DNA of 63,690 nt, filler included, from Microthyrium microscopicum (lineage: Eukaryota): the NCBI GenBank assembly GCA_010405405.1. It is 14 parts of 4 records of this genome, joined end to end, with 100 filler letters (N's around TTAATTAATTAA, not from the genome) between each part and the next. Parts side by side here need not be neighbours in the genome. Positions count along the whole stretch, not along the records: positions 1 to 28,910 come from MU004230.1; positions 29,011 to 30,756 come from MU004230.1; positions 30,857 to 31,983 come from MU004230.1; positions 32,084 to 34,945 come from MU004230.1; positions 35,046 to 39,673 come from MU004230.1; 9 more parts are not named here. One strand, written 5' to 3'. A program made the position numbers and the translations under genes. The notes beneath the pieces were generated by a model, which did not search any database, was not told where the DNA came from, and saw nothing but the letters and a program-made list of their open reading frames with translations. Positions 26,801 to 39,773 of this stretch are shown here, piece by piece; position 1 is the first letter of the stretch, and each line of letters starts with the position of its first letter.

Positions 26801-27849
26801 AAATATCTATAGAGCTAAAATTTTTAATTAGTTCTAAAATTTATTAATAACTTTATAGGGCTTAGATACTAAGTAATTAGTAATACTAGCTAAGTATATA
26901 AGATACCTACTTTATACTTTCTTAGTATATACTAATAAGATATAAAAAGCTATTATTATTAATATAAATATAGAGGCTACTTTAGTTAATAAGGTAGATA
27001 GCTCTAAGTATTATATATTTATTATACTTTCTTTATATATATATTAACTAATAAATATAAGCTTTAAGTATTATTATAATTTCTTTAATCTCTCTAATAA
27101 GAGTAAAGCTAGTTTATTTTCTTACTATCCTTTATATTCTTTATATATATACTAATAATAGTAAGTACCTTTTTTACTAGTTAACGTAATTATAGCTATA
27201 GCTAATATATAGGTATATATAAGTATAATATTATTAACTTAATAAATATTATTAATAATAGTTATACTTACTCTAGTAATATTTAAGAAATAGTTCTTAT
27301 ACTTTCTTAATATATATACTATCTTCCTATTACTAAGACTTTAGCATAGCATTAGGTATTTTTTATTAGTATTTTATAGTATTTTTAGGTATTCTTAAGT
27401 AATTTTTTATTTATTTTATAAGTAAATAAGTTATATCCTTAGTATATTTTATATACTACTCTTATATTTATTTTATATTCTATTTATCTACTTTATTTAT
27501 AAATAAATTTAATACTTAGCTTTATTACTATTACTTCTTATACTTCTTTTTCTCTCTATTTTATTTATTTTATTTTAAGTATTTTTATAAAATAAATAAA
27601 TAATTATATAATATTATTTCTATAAATAGTAATATATTATATAAATTTTCTAATATACTTAATAATAAATTATTATAATTTATTATAACTTATAATATTT
27701 TATAATAATATTTTTATATAACTTTTTTTTTAATATATTAAATATAATATAAAATAATATTTTTTATATAATATAAAGTTTTAAATATATATTATTAAAA
27801 TTTAACTTATATTAACTATATAATATAATGATAATATTTAATAATAGCT

Positions 27850-28910
27850 TATAATAACTTATAATAGTTTATAATAAATATTTATAATTTATAATAATTT
27901 AAATACTTAATAATAATAATTATATTTAGCTAATTCTTAATATAAAGATTATTTTATTTATATTTATTTATTATTAAATATTTAAACTATTATAAATTAA
28001 AATTAATTAATAATATTATTTACTATTAATATTTTTTAGCTTATTATAGTTTATTCTAATTTATAATAGTCTAATTATTTAATAATAATACTTAAATTTA
28101 ATTAATATTTAATATTAAAACTATTTTACTAACATTTACTTATTTTAATATTTAGATAAAATAAACTAAAATTAATTAATAATATTATTTATAATTAGCT
28201 TATTTTAAGTTATTATAATTTATAATAGCTTATAATAATTTTATTATTTATTAATATTAATTACTTATAGTTAATTCTTAAAATAAAAGCTATTTTATTT
28301 ATATTTACTTATTATTAAGTATTTAAAAAAACTAAAGCTTATTATTAAAATAGTTTATTTTAGCTTATTATAACTTATTTTGATTTATAATAATATAATT
28401 ACTTAATAGTAATATTTAAATTTAGCTAATTTTAAATATAAAAGATATTTTATTTATATTTATATATTTTAATATTTAAACTATTATAAGCTAAAATTAG
28501 TTAATAATATAACTAATAATCAACTTATTATAGCTTATTATTATTTATAATATTATTAACTACTTAATACTATTAATTAATCTTAATTAATTTTTAATAA
28601 AAAAAATTATTTTACTTATATTTATTTTTTTCTAAATTTAAATTATTATAAATTAAGCTTAATTACTAATATTACTCTTAATTAGTATATTATAATTTAT
28701 ATTAACTTATAATAGCTTATAATAATTTTATTATTTAATAATAATAACTATATTTAGCTAATTCTTAATATAAAAGTTATTTTATTAATATTTATTTAGT
28801 ATTTAATATTTAAATTATTATAAACTAAGATTAATAATTAATATAGCTTTTAATTAGCTTACTTTAGCTTATAATAGCTTATTATAATTGATAATATTTT
28901 ATAATATCTT
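27850..28910. repeat. Degenerate, extremely AT-rich satellite, ~165-bp unit, ~6 copies
   Basis: Variants of TATATTTAGCTAATTCTTAATATAAA recur near 27921, 28090, 28263, 28419, 28580 and 28749. That spans 828 bp over 5 intervals. Confidence 0.65.
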
Positions 28911-29473
28911 NNNNNNNNNNNNNNNNNNNNNNNNNNNNNNNNNNNNNNNNNNNNTTAATTAATTAANNNNNNNNNNNNNNNNNNNNNNNNNNNNNNNNNN
29001 NNNNNNNNNNAGTTTCTATAAAGCTTAATAAGTTATTATAATCTATATATATTAAATATTATAATCTATATATTAGAATTATAATTATAAATTAGCTTAT
29101 TTAGATTTTAAAATATATTAAATATAATAATAAATTTATTTTATAAATAATTAATAATATTTTATTTTATATTATTAGTTATATATAATATAATAAACTA
29201 ATATTAATTAATATATAAATATTTAATAATATAATAAATTATAATATAGTTTTAAATATACTTAAATACTTAATAATATTTAATATATATTAAGTATTAA
29301 TTAGCTTATTATAACTATTATATAATCTTAATAATTTAATTTAATATAATTAATATTTTTTTATTATAGTTTAACTTTTATATAATAATAAATAAATAAA
29401 ATTACTTATTAATAAATTAAATAATTAAACTTAATTTCCTTATTATATTTTAGTTTTTATTATTATTATTATT

Positions 29474-29567
29474 AGGAGAGTAGTACAGTGGTAGTACTTA
29501 CGATCTCGCGGTAGGCCCTACTTACTTAAGAATCCGTAGGGCACAGGTTCGATTCCCGTCTCCCCCG
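29474..29567 (+). pseudogene. tRNA-like head (RIP-mutated; ~20-nt intron-like insert in the anticodon loop; isotype unresolved)
   Basis: The acceptor stem is AGGAGAG/CTCCCCC and the D arm is GTAC-AGTGGTA-GTAC (A box TAGTACAGTGG). The anticodon stem is TACG/CGTA and the T arm is ACAGG-TTCGATT-CCCGT (B box GGTTCGATTCC). The stem mismatches are G>A changes. Confidence 0.75.
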
Positions 29568-30661
29568 CTACCCTAAAAAGGCAATCGTTACTTGCTTTTA
29601 AAGCTATAATTACCCCTTCTTAGGGAAGGTTATTCTTCCCTTTTTAGTAAGTGTAGAGGACGAGCTATAGCTCTTTTTAATACGTTATAAAGGTACAAAT
29701 TTTTGTATTACGTAACTACTATATATAGCTATAAGATTATCCTTATTAAAGCCTTACTACTAATAATAGACTAGCGTTAAAATTACATAATTAGAAACTA
29801 GCTACTACGTAAAGCTACACTAAAATAAGCTACAATATTGCTAAAGCGCAGCAAATTCAGCATGCTAAAGCTAATTCTTTTACGGCTCTTAGCAATTAGA
29901 TTAGATAATCGGCCTTAGCTTAGTAAGCTTAAAATCCTACCGCGGGAGGCTAGGATCAAACTAAATAATACGGCAGAAAATTATAAGATCTAGGGACACT
30001 ACGGCTTAGTAAGTACAGTGCCTACAAGTTAGTATAATAGCGCTATAGGATAAGTTAGTAGACTTAGGGGAGGTAACCTAGAACATACTAGGCTAAAGGA
30101 CCCTAGATAATGGCTTAAAAGCAAAGCATAGCGTAGACGGATAGCTTTTAGCAGACTATTAGCGCTGCCTTAGACTTAGTATTATAGCAAGAATAGAGGG
30201 ATCTAACATAATAATAAGGAGGGAATTAGCCCTACGGGGTAATAATATTGGCAACTTTAGGAACTTAAAGTAGTAGACTAATTAGAAGAATATACTATCG
30301 TTATAGAAAATACGCCTAGAGAAGTACTAATAGGCTAAATACTCTCTAGAATTTAGCTCCCTAACTCGCTAAAGCTTTTGCGGCTTGGGGGGCTAATAGG
30401 GCTTAGCAGGGTATAATATTAGCCTTAGTATAGATTAGTACACAGAATATAATAGCAAGGTTTTCCCTTATATAGTTAGCGCCTTAGTTTACTAAATATA
30501 TAGGGGTTAGCTAAAGCTAGACTAGGCCTTAGGCCTAGAGTAAGCTAGCTTAGCTAGATTTAGGTAGATTAGCTAATTAGATAAGGGTTTTTACCTACTT
30601 ATTAAGAGTAGCGTCTGCATAGCCTATTAGCGTAGCTAAAAGACAATAAATAAGATTTATA

Positions 30662-30756
<95 letters not shown>
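30662..30756 (+). repeat. (TTA)n microsatellite / SINE tail
   Basis: A perfect trinucleotide run ending at an N gap. Confidence 0.95.
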
Positions 30757-32499
30757 NNNNNNNNNNNNNNNNNNNNNNNNNNNNNNNNNNNNNNNNNNNN
30801 TTAATTAATTAANNNNNNNNNNNNNNNNNNNNNNNNNNNNNNNNNNNNNNNNNNNNAGAATAGGCTTAACTAATTCTAGTTATATTTATTATATAGTTTA
30901 AATATATTAAAGGCTAGATTTAGTATATACCTATTATTATTAACGTTATATTTAAATATAGTTCGTACTATAGTAAGCTACTCCTAGTTATATTAGGCTT
31001 TAGATTAAGATATTCCTAAGTATAGGCAATGATAGAGATCTAAAGCTTTTAAGTCTAATATTGTATAAAGAATAATTACTATAGTAAGCTAATCTTATTT
31101 ATATTAGAGTTTAGATAGATATTTTCTTAAAGACTAGTAATAGTAGTAACCTAAATAAATAATAGATACGTCTTAAGTTTAGATAGTTAATCTTTAGGTA
31201 GTCCTAACTTAAATATTCTAGCTATTAAAATAAGGCTAAAGAACTAATAGATAGTTCTAAATAACTTCCTTAAAGTACTAAGCTCCTTAAATAGCTTTAA
31301 GTCTTATATAATTATAAGTTTAACTTTAATAAGAATCCTCTAGAAAGAGGCTTAGGATAGTATAGCTAAAATTATAGCGTAATTACTAGTCTAAGGACTA
31401 CTATAATATTAAAAATCTTTTAAAATATATAACTTAAGAAATATACTATACTTACTACTTATCTATTCTATTATATAGTAAAGTTTAAAGAGAGTAACTA
31501 GTAAATATAATATAGGTTTACTAGTAGATAGTCCTAACTTAAATATGCTAGCTTTTAGATTATTACTAAAGAACTAGTAGGTAGTCCTAATTTAAACTTT
31601 CTAGCTTTTAGATTATTACTAGAGAGTTAGAAAGTAGTTCTAATTAGAACTTTCTAGCTTTTAGAGTATTATTATAAAACTAGTTAGTATTCTATATTAG
31701 AATCTTCCTATAATTAAATCTTTAATAATAAGCTATTATATAGTAGTAGCGCCCTAAATTACTATCTAGTCTCTAGTTTTATATAGTATTTTATATGCTT
31801 AAATAATAATACTAGAAGAATAGGGATTATAATAAAGAAGAAAGAATATTATATTAGTAGTACGTTAAGTTACCTATATAGTATATTTAATAATAATCTA
31901 GTTTTAATAGCATTACTTCTAAGGCATTTAGGTTATTTAGTTAGGTAAGGTTTAATATAATTAGTAGTATTATATATTTTATCNNNNNNNNNNNNNNNNN
32001 NNNNNNNNNNNNNNNNNNNNNNNNNNNTTAATTAATTAANNNNNNNNNNNNNNNNNNNNNNNNNNNNNNNNNNNNNNNNNNNNTAGTACTATTAGTAAAA
32101 GTATTTATAAAGTTCTTATTTTTTATTAGTAAACGTATAGAATCCTACTAATAAAGATAGCTAGGCTAGGTTATTATAGAGAAGGTTAGTTTATTAATAA
32201 TTTTTTTTTATATAGTATATTAGAATAGAATGCTATTACTTATAGTATATAAATTATATTATCTATATAGGTAGTCTAATAGAAGAATAATTACTATTAT
32301 AAGTATTAATTTATAGTTAATTAAGTAAAGATAATTAGGCAAAATAAACTTATTAAAAATACGTATTTTATTACGTAAGGACTATTAGTAAAAGCATTCT
32401 AAGTAGTAACTTGTTACCTAGGTTCTTATACTTTAGTAACTCTTAATCTAAGCTAAAATATTTAAAACGTTTAGGTATTTATATAGGAGTATTTAATAA

Positions 32500-32590
32500 C
32501 GTTTAATAATATTTAATATTGTTTAATATAGTTTAATATAGTTTAATATAGTTTAATATAGTTTAATAGCAATTAATACGTTTAATATTA
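32500..32590. repeat. 10-bp tandem repeat (GTTTAATATA)n, ~8-9 degenerate copies
   Basis: Near-perfect units at 32521-32570 with degenerate flanking copies. Confidence 0.85.
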
Positions 32591-33199
32591 TATAATATTA
32601 CGTAAAGCTATCTACTACTATATAATAATATATAATATAGTATATTTATATAAACTATAACTTACTATAAACTCTTACTACTATATAATATTTTGTTCTT
32701 TAGTATTCTATCTTTATCTATTACTTTACCTAGTAGTATTACTAACTCTAATAGCAAGTAACTTAAAATTATACTATAAATAGATATATAATATACTAAA
32801 GAAGAAGTTAAAGATTAAGTAGCTTACTTAGTTATTCTACCTTTATTTAGTAATAATTCTATAAACTATCCTTTATATTCTAGTTTCTAAATTCCTTATA
32901 CGTATTAGGGATTAGATAATAAATCTTTTACTAAGATATATAAAGTTTTATATAGAAGTTATAGCTAAGGCTATAAAATTACTTATTAAGGATAAATAGC
33001 CTAAGAGAATTAAAGAAATATAATAGAAAAAAATATATTCTTAATAAACTAATAAGTATTAATATTATTAGTATTACTATAATATAAAATAAATATAATA
33101 AGGTAAGGATACTACCTATACTAGGTTTCTTATTACTTAGAATATAGCCTTTAGTTACTTTATCTAGTTTAATACTAGTATTATAAGCTACGCTTCTTC

Positions 33200-34945
33200 T
33201 TTTAATATCTATTAAAAGACTATAAAGTTATAAAAGTATAGTTAATCTATAGTAAGATATTAGTAAGAAGGTAGAAGCTCTACTTATTTTACGCTTATAG
33301 TTCTAAGCATCTAGCTACTACGCCTATAGTTCTTAGGTATTATTGCTAAATACTTTACTAGTCTTACTATAGTAAAGATATAATCTAAAAGTAGTAGGAC
33401 GACATTACTATAAATTAATATATAGTTAGATCTATCTAGAAGCTTTTGTTAAAGATATAACGTATTATTAACGAAGTAGCTATTACGCCTATAGTTCTTA
33501 TATATTACCTACTATAAACTATATTAGTTTTAAGATAGTAAAGATATAATTTAAAAGTAGTAGTATAATATTACTATAAATTAATATACGTTTAGATCTA
33601 TTTAGTAGCTTTTATTAAAGGTATACTATATTATTAATAAAGATATTGCTACGCCTATAGTTTTAGGTATCTAGCTCTTAATAGCTCTATCTTTATCTTA
33701 CTTAAAATTAATACTTATACTTCTTTATATAGCTAGAACTTAGGTAAATATCTATTATAGAAGTATAACTAGTATATTCTAATAATAAGCTATATTTAAC
33801 TTTCTTATATATAATCTCTATATAGAAACTACCTTAAAGTAATTATAGTAACTACTAGCTAGAGATAGTTTAGCTACTCTATAGTAGTACTATAAAGTAA
33901 ACTTTTTATAGTAATTAATAAAAGTAGCTATTATTATATTATAGAATCTATTACTTATAATATTATTACTAAGCTAGATTACCTAAATAAGTACTTCCTA
34001 GACTTTATAGTACTCTAATTCTTATTTCTTATTCTTTTCGTCCTAGTTTATCTTTAAAGTAGTTATAATGCTAATTATAGATAGTCTAACTAATCTATAG
34101 TTACTTACTATAGAGTAGAGTTTTTTATATCTTATTATACTAATAGAGAGCTTATCTAAATATAAAATAGATAATAGCTCTAAGTAGTATTCTAGTATAG
34201 TTATAGTACTTTTTATCCTTACTTTAGCTATATCCTCCTAGGTAGCAAATATAAATACTTATACTACTATAATAAGTAGCCCTAAAATTATTATATAGGC
34301 CTATGCCTTTATCCTAGTTAACCTAGTAAATAATATTAGTTACTTAGAGACTACTAATAATTTTGCCTAATTAACTAAGATAATTAAGCAAAATAATAGC
34401 GTTAGGTTTAATAGTATAGTAAAATATATTATAAGCATTAAATAGTTTGCCTTCTTTAATAAGCTAATAAGCCTATAAAGTAAGATTATATAAAATAGTA
34501 GTAACGTAATTAGTAAGAGTAGTATAAAGTTATAAGTATAGGATAAATAAGCTAGTAGAGAATATAAAGAAGAAGGTCTAAATAATAAATAAGTTAGAGT
34601 TAATAAGGCTAGTATAAGTATTAAGAGTAGTATAGATTTAAGTAGTTTACTTAGCCTTTTTAGAGAAGTAGAGAAAGGCCTAGTAGATAAGAATAATAAG
34701 GTTAGGTTAAGATATAATTTATAAGTTATATCTAAGGATACTAATGCTAAGACTTTAGTTAGCGTGACTAAGTTATATTCTCTTATAATAGCTTAAATAC
34801 TTATTTAGTAAAAGTTATTAGGGTCTTAGATACTATCTTACTTATTTATAAGTACTATATTACTAGTTATATAAAGGATAGAGTAAGTAGCCTTATATCT
34901 TTATATAGTATATATAATACTAGTTTAGTAGGTATTAAGTTTAGC
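33200..34945 (-). pseudogene. RIP-inactivated ORF, possibly the C-terminal Cys-rich part of a telomere-linked helicase-like gene, with a ~167-bp internal repeat
   Basis: The minus frame contains a Ser/Pro-like low-complexity tract followed by GLYNNFRATYYSSISIYICYLGGYS*SKDKKYYNYTRILLRAII (de-RIP: C..GGY....KKC...G.LL.AV). The CTATAGGCGTA anchor recurs at ~33327, 33493 and 33660. Confidence 0.3.
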
Positions 34946-37736
34946 NNNNNNNNNNNNNNNNNNNNNNNNNNNNNNNNNNNNNNNNNNNNTTAATTAATTA
35001 ANNNNNNNNNNNNNNNNNNNNNNNNNNNNNNNNNNNNNNNNNNNNGTTTAGAGGGCCTTAGTAGTATTTAAGATAACCTTAATACTATATATATTAGAAT
35101 ATAAATATATATATTAGTATAATTTTATATTATACCTATTTCTTAGGCCTTCTAACTACTTATATAGTTATATTATAACTATGCGTCTTATTATATATTA
35201 GATACTCTTTATAGAGCTAGTTATTAAACTTTTCTTATTTAATCTCTCCTTTAGTTATTATAAAGAAATTATATATAGGCTTACTAAATTACTTAACCTC
35301 TATCTTAGTATAAACGTTAGTATTAGGTAGGAACTTATTATACTATAGAATTAGTTATAATATAGAATAATAGCAATAGGGTATTACTAGTAAATTTTTA
35401 AATCTTTTTAATAATAATATTAATCTTTACTTAGTACTATATACGTCTAGCTTTACTACTTTCTAAAGCTTTAGGGGGATATAATATTTAGTTATTCTAA
35501 ATATCTAATATAGTAGTTTAATATATAAGAAGATATAGTATAATAAGAGGTAAATAATAAAAGATAGGTAAAGGTTTAATTTAATTTAGTATTATTAAAA
35601 GAAGCGCTATAACGTAATTAATACTAGCTAAATGTTTATTTAGTCTATATTATTAAAACCTTTAATACGTCCTAATATTAATAGGCTTACTACTTACCTA
35701 AATATTTTTATTTACTAAAAAATATACTACTTTATATACGCTTTTAAATTAATAATATTCTATCTATTATCCTCCTACTTTATTTTTAAAAGGCGTATTA
35801 CTATGCTAAGGTACTATAAATAGGCTTAGTTAATAGTCTATAACGTTCTTAAGGAGAGTTTATTAGAATCTTATTAATTAAGTCTACTTTACTTAATTAT
35901 AAGATAAACTCCTAACTTAGGACGATAAATTAATAAGTATAGAATTTATTAAAAGATAGTAGCTATACTAAATAAAAAGGCGTAATTCTTTTACCTTAAG
36001 AAAAAATTATTATATTATATTATTTAATTTATTATTTACTTAGTTAGTAAATATTAAGTACTACTAACGCTTTATTTATATACTAATTCTTAATAGATTA
36101 AGTAATATCTAAATATAGATTATCTTCCTAAGATTAACTAAAGTAAAACTAAGAAATAGTAAGTTCTAAAAATATTTTTAAGTTTCCTTTATCTTAAAAG
36201 TTTATAGTAATTAATAGCTATTTAAATGCTTAATCGCTACCCTATAATTATAATTATCTTATTAGTTTCTTTTAACTTAATAGTAATAAGTTAAATACTA
36301 AGTATTTTACCTATTCCTTATTAATTAGCTATATTTAAGATATATAGACTCTAGTTAGTTATATTAAGTAACTAATATTAATCCCCTAATCTTTATATTA
36401 CTAATAAACTTAATATTTTAAGTATTTTTACGCTTAAAGATTAGAGTACTTAGTTAATACCTAAAAATACTTCTTAAAATAATAAGTATTACTTAAGATA
36501 TCCTTTTATGCTAGTATATTAGATAAAATACTAGCCTACTACTCTATTTCCTATATATAATCTAAATTATATATTATTTATATAAATAGTCCTCTTTATT
36601 AAGTAGTGTCTACTAAATAACTTAATAACTAACTCTCTACTTTAGAAACTTAAAGAATATTTATAGCCTACTACCTTATTTAGTCTTAAGTCCTAACTAA
36701 AATTAGTTTATTTTAATTATATATAATTATTATATAGTAAATATACTAGTAGTATAAGTTAATATTAACTTATACTACTTTAATTCTTAATTAATCTAAA
36801 ATAATAAGAGCTAATATTAAGAATAAGAACTTCTAATTCTCTACTCTTTCTAACTATTATAAGCTATAACGTATACTAGGATTACTCTTAAGTTTAGCTA
36901 AGATATTAATAATCTTTTATTTAAATAAATAAGGAATATACTCTTTAAATATTATAAGTATACTTATCTATTAGTATTATAGATTCTCTTTACTTACTAA
37001 GATATACCTTATCTTAACCTTATAATATCTACTTTATTAGTTAATTAATATTCTCTATTTAGAAGGTAGGGTATAAGTTTATTATTTCTTTACTAGATTT
37101 ATTATAAGTCTACCTAACTACTTTTTCTATTTTTTATTACTCTATTTAATTTATCCTATTTACTCTATTATCTATAGCCTTTAATATAAGGTATAGCTAC
37201 TATGCTATTTATACTACTCTCTTTCTACTATAATCTTAGGCTAGAAAGGATTATATAGGTCTAGATATTAAGGTATATTAATATAGTTAAGGTTATAATG
37301 AGTATAACTAATAAGAGCTATCTTTTCTAATAATGCTTACTATAATATATATAACCTAATGTTAGATATAAAAGAAGCTAGCATATTAGTTTCTTATAAT
37401 ATTCTTAACCTTAGCTATAAAACTTAAATAGAATATAGTATTTAGTAAGTTATAGGTATAGTTAGTTTAGATTAATATACTATACTTATTACTTTAATAA
37501 TTAATATTAAACGTCTTTAATACTTTTATTTAAGCTTAAAAGGTATAAAATCTAATTAAAAGGTTTGCTAAATCTTTTAAAACTAATTAAAACGTTTATT
37601 AAATCTTTTAAATCTTTTTAAATATTTGCTAACTAAACTAGCTAAAGGCCTTAGGATTATTAAGTAGCCTAATAGACTAATATAATAGACTAACGTTAAT
37701 ATAACCTACTACTATTAAGCTAATATTTTTATAATA

Positions 37737-39673
37737 ATGCTTTAATATTATAATAAATTATTTAATATTAATAAACTCTATAAAATTCTATTATATTTAT
37801 ACTATAAGTCTATAACTACTAATAGTTTAATTCTAAATACTTCCTCTACTTTTTAACTAACTATATTCTATCTATGTATTCTAACTACTTATCTATTATC
37901 TTAATATACCTAATATCTATTTTATAATACTTATAGAATCTTATATAATAAGCCTAGGAGGTAGCTAATAATACTCTACTTAAACTATAACTAGCTAACC
38001 TTAAAAATATTTATATATATTTAGACTCTCTATAGACTATATTATAACTTAACTCTATAATCTATGCTAGTAGTATTCTTTCTTAAGACTCTTTCTATAT
38101 TTAAGAAGGACTTCTACCTACTATTATATAATTCTAAGCCTAATGAGAAACTATAAATTTAATAACTTATAAATAATATCTTAATATTTAATCTAAAATA
38201 TTAGTACTAAATAAGAATTATAGATAAAAACTAAATATAGTTAATACTCTACTTAATCCTAATACTAAGTATACCTCTTTAATGCCTTAACTAAAAGAGT
38301 AAACTATAATTATAGTAATAGTAGATAATAGACTATTAAGTTAAGTAATAAATATAAACTAGTCTCCTACCTATAATATTTACTTACTATATACTAACTA
38401 GCTAAACGTTTAAAGCCTAATTCTTTATAATAAAGAGACTTAAGATAAAGCTAATGCTCTTAATAAGGATAAGATTAAATATAATAACTTTATTATATAA
38501 GAGTCTTATAATATTAAGTATCCTAGCCTAGTCTTTACTTATATTAATAAATATTTAGAAATAGTTTTATAATTTTATAAAGATAGTAGATAGAAAGGTC
38601 TTTTATATCTCTATAAGCCTAATATTCTATATACTTACCTAAAAAATAAAAAGCGTTATAAATTACTTATTAATTACTACTTTACTAATAAAGGTAAAGT
38701 ATAGTAAAGCTTAGAAATATAAGATCCTTACGTTTAGAATAATCCTAATATATATAGACTAGAAGATAACTTCTTTATAAATAATAATCTAAATATTATT
38801 AAGCTTATTAAAAGTAAATCTTAGTTATCTTTTAATACTAGCCCTTTAAAGTATAATTAAATTTTACTTAATAATATATTATTAAGAAGTAAATCTTAAA
38901 GTACGTCTTTTATATTAGGCCTAATTAATAAACTATCTATATCTAAAGCTAAGTTATCTAAAAAGAAAATAGAATATATAGAACTACTTAAATAGATAGT
39001 TAAATAAGGTCTAAATCTACCTAGCTAGGCTATAGATAATTTATAGGTAATAGTAGGTAGTAATCTTATAACTATTATAGTATATAATATATTAATTAAT
39101 AAAATTCTTAATACTTTTCTTCCTAAGCTACTAAAGAGAGAAACCTAAAGAATAATTAAAGATTACTAAAATTCTACTAATATCTCTAGTTTATATATTC
39201 TTTCTTTTTTTTTGTATTAAACCTAATATTTAGATTCTATATATTACTAGGCATACTTAAAACCTAATCCTATAATTCTTTTAATACTTAATTAATATAT
39301 AGCTAGAATGCTATATAATACTAAAACTTCTTAAACTATAAACTATATAAAATAAATTAATACTTCCTTAATTCTTATATTTAATCTCTACTATAATAGT
39401 ATTAAAATCTAATAGATATAACTTAGAAAGGAAATATACGTAGTATATAGATATTATAATAGTAAGATTATCTTAAAGGTACTAGTCTTTAAACCTATAC
39501 TTACGTAATCTAAAGTACTAATATTTCTTAATACGTTATAAAGATAATAATATTTATAAGGCCTATAGAGTAAACTACTATTATACTATAAGTAAAGATA
39601 GTTACTATATATCTTAGTTATATCCCTAAGAGATATATAAATCTTAAGATAAAGGTAGAGAATATTAAGCCTT
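37737..39673 (+). pseudogene. RIP-inactivated N-terminal half of a telomere-linked helicase (TLH/RecQ-associated, DUF3505-like) gene, truncated by a gap
   Basis: It begins ML*YYNKLFNINKLYKILLYLYYKS (de-RIP: ...HKILLC.HCKS, DUF3505-like). Later segments are N*LKRL (WL.R), YKPNILYTYLKK*KRY (EPDTL..Y...WKR) and ARMLYNTKTS*TINYIK*IN...LYYNSIKI**I*LRKEIY...L*DNNIYKAYRVNY, all matching remembered TLH-family segments. Helicase motifs are not visible because the contig ends first. Confidence 0.5.
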
Positions 39674-39773
39674 NNNNNNNNNNNNNNNNNNNNNNNNNNN
39701 NNNNNNNNNNNNNNNNNTTAATTAATTAANNNNNNNNNNNNNNNNNNNNNNNNNNNNNNNNNNNNNNNNNNNN

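Larger units (their letters stand above)
29474..30756 (+). mobile_element. tRNA-derived SINE-like retroelement (~1.2 kb) with a LINE-like 3' stem-loop and (TTA)n tail
   Basis: It has a 5' tRNA cloverleaf with A and B boxes and a hairpin-rich body that is GC-richer than the flanks. The 3' end is GTCTGCATAGCC...TAGCTAAAAGAC-AATAAA followed by ~32 TTA units running into a gap. A short (TAT)n tract lies immediately 5' of the head. Confidence 0.7.

Noticed and set aside
24830..27400. Specific transposon family for the RIP block bordering the island on the right
   Set aside because: A minus-strand relic frame seems present (start near 27347), but no diagnostic motif or terminal repeat was readable.
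29474..29567. Functional tRNA gene
   Set aside because: It has G>A mismatches in the acceptor and T stems and no canonical anticodon loop, and it is fused to a long body and TTA tail. It is better explained as a SINE head or pseudogene.
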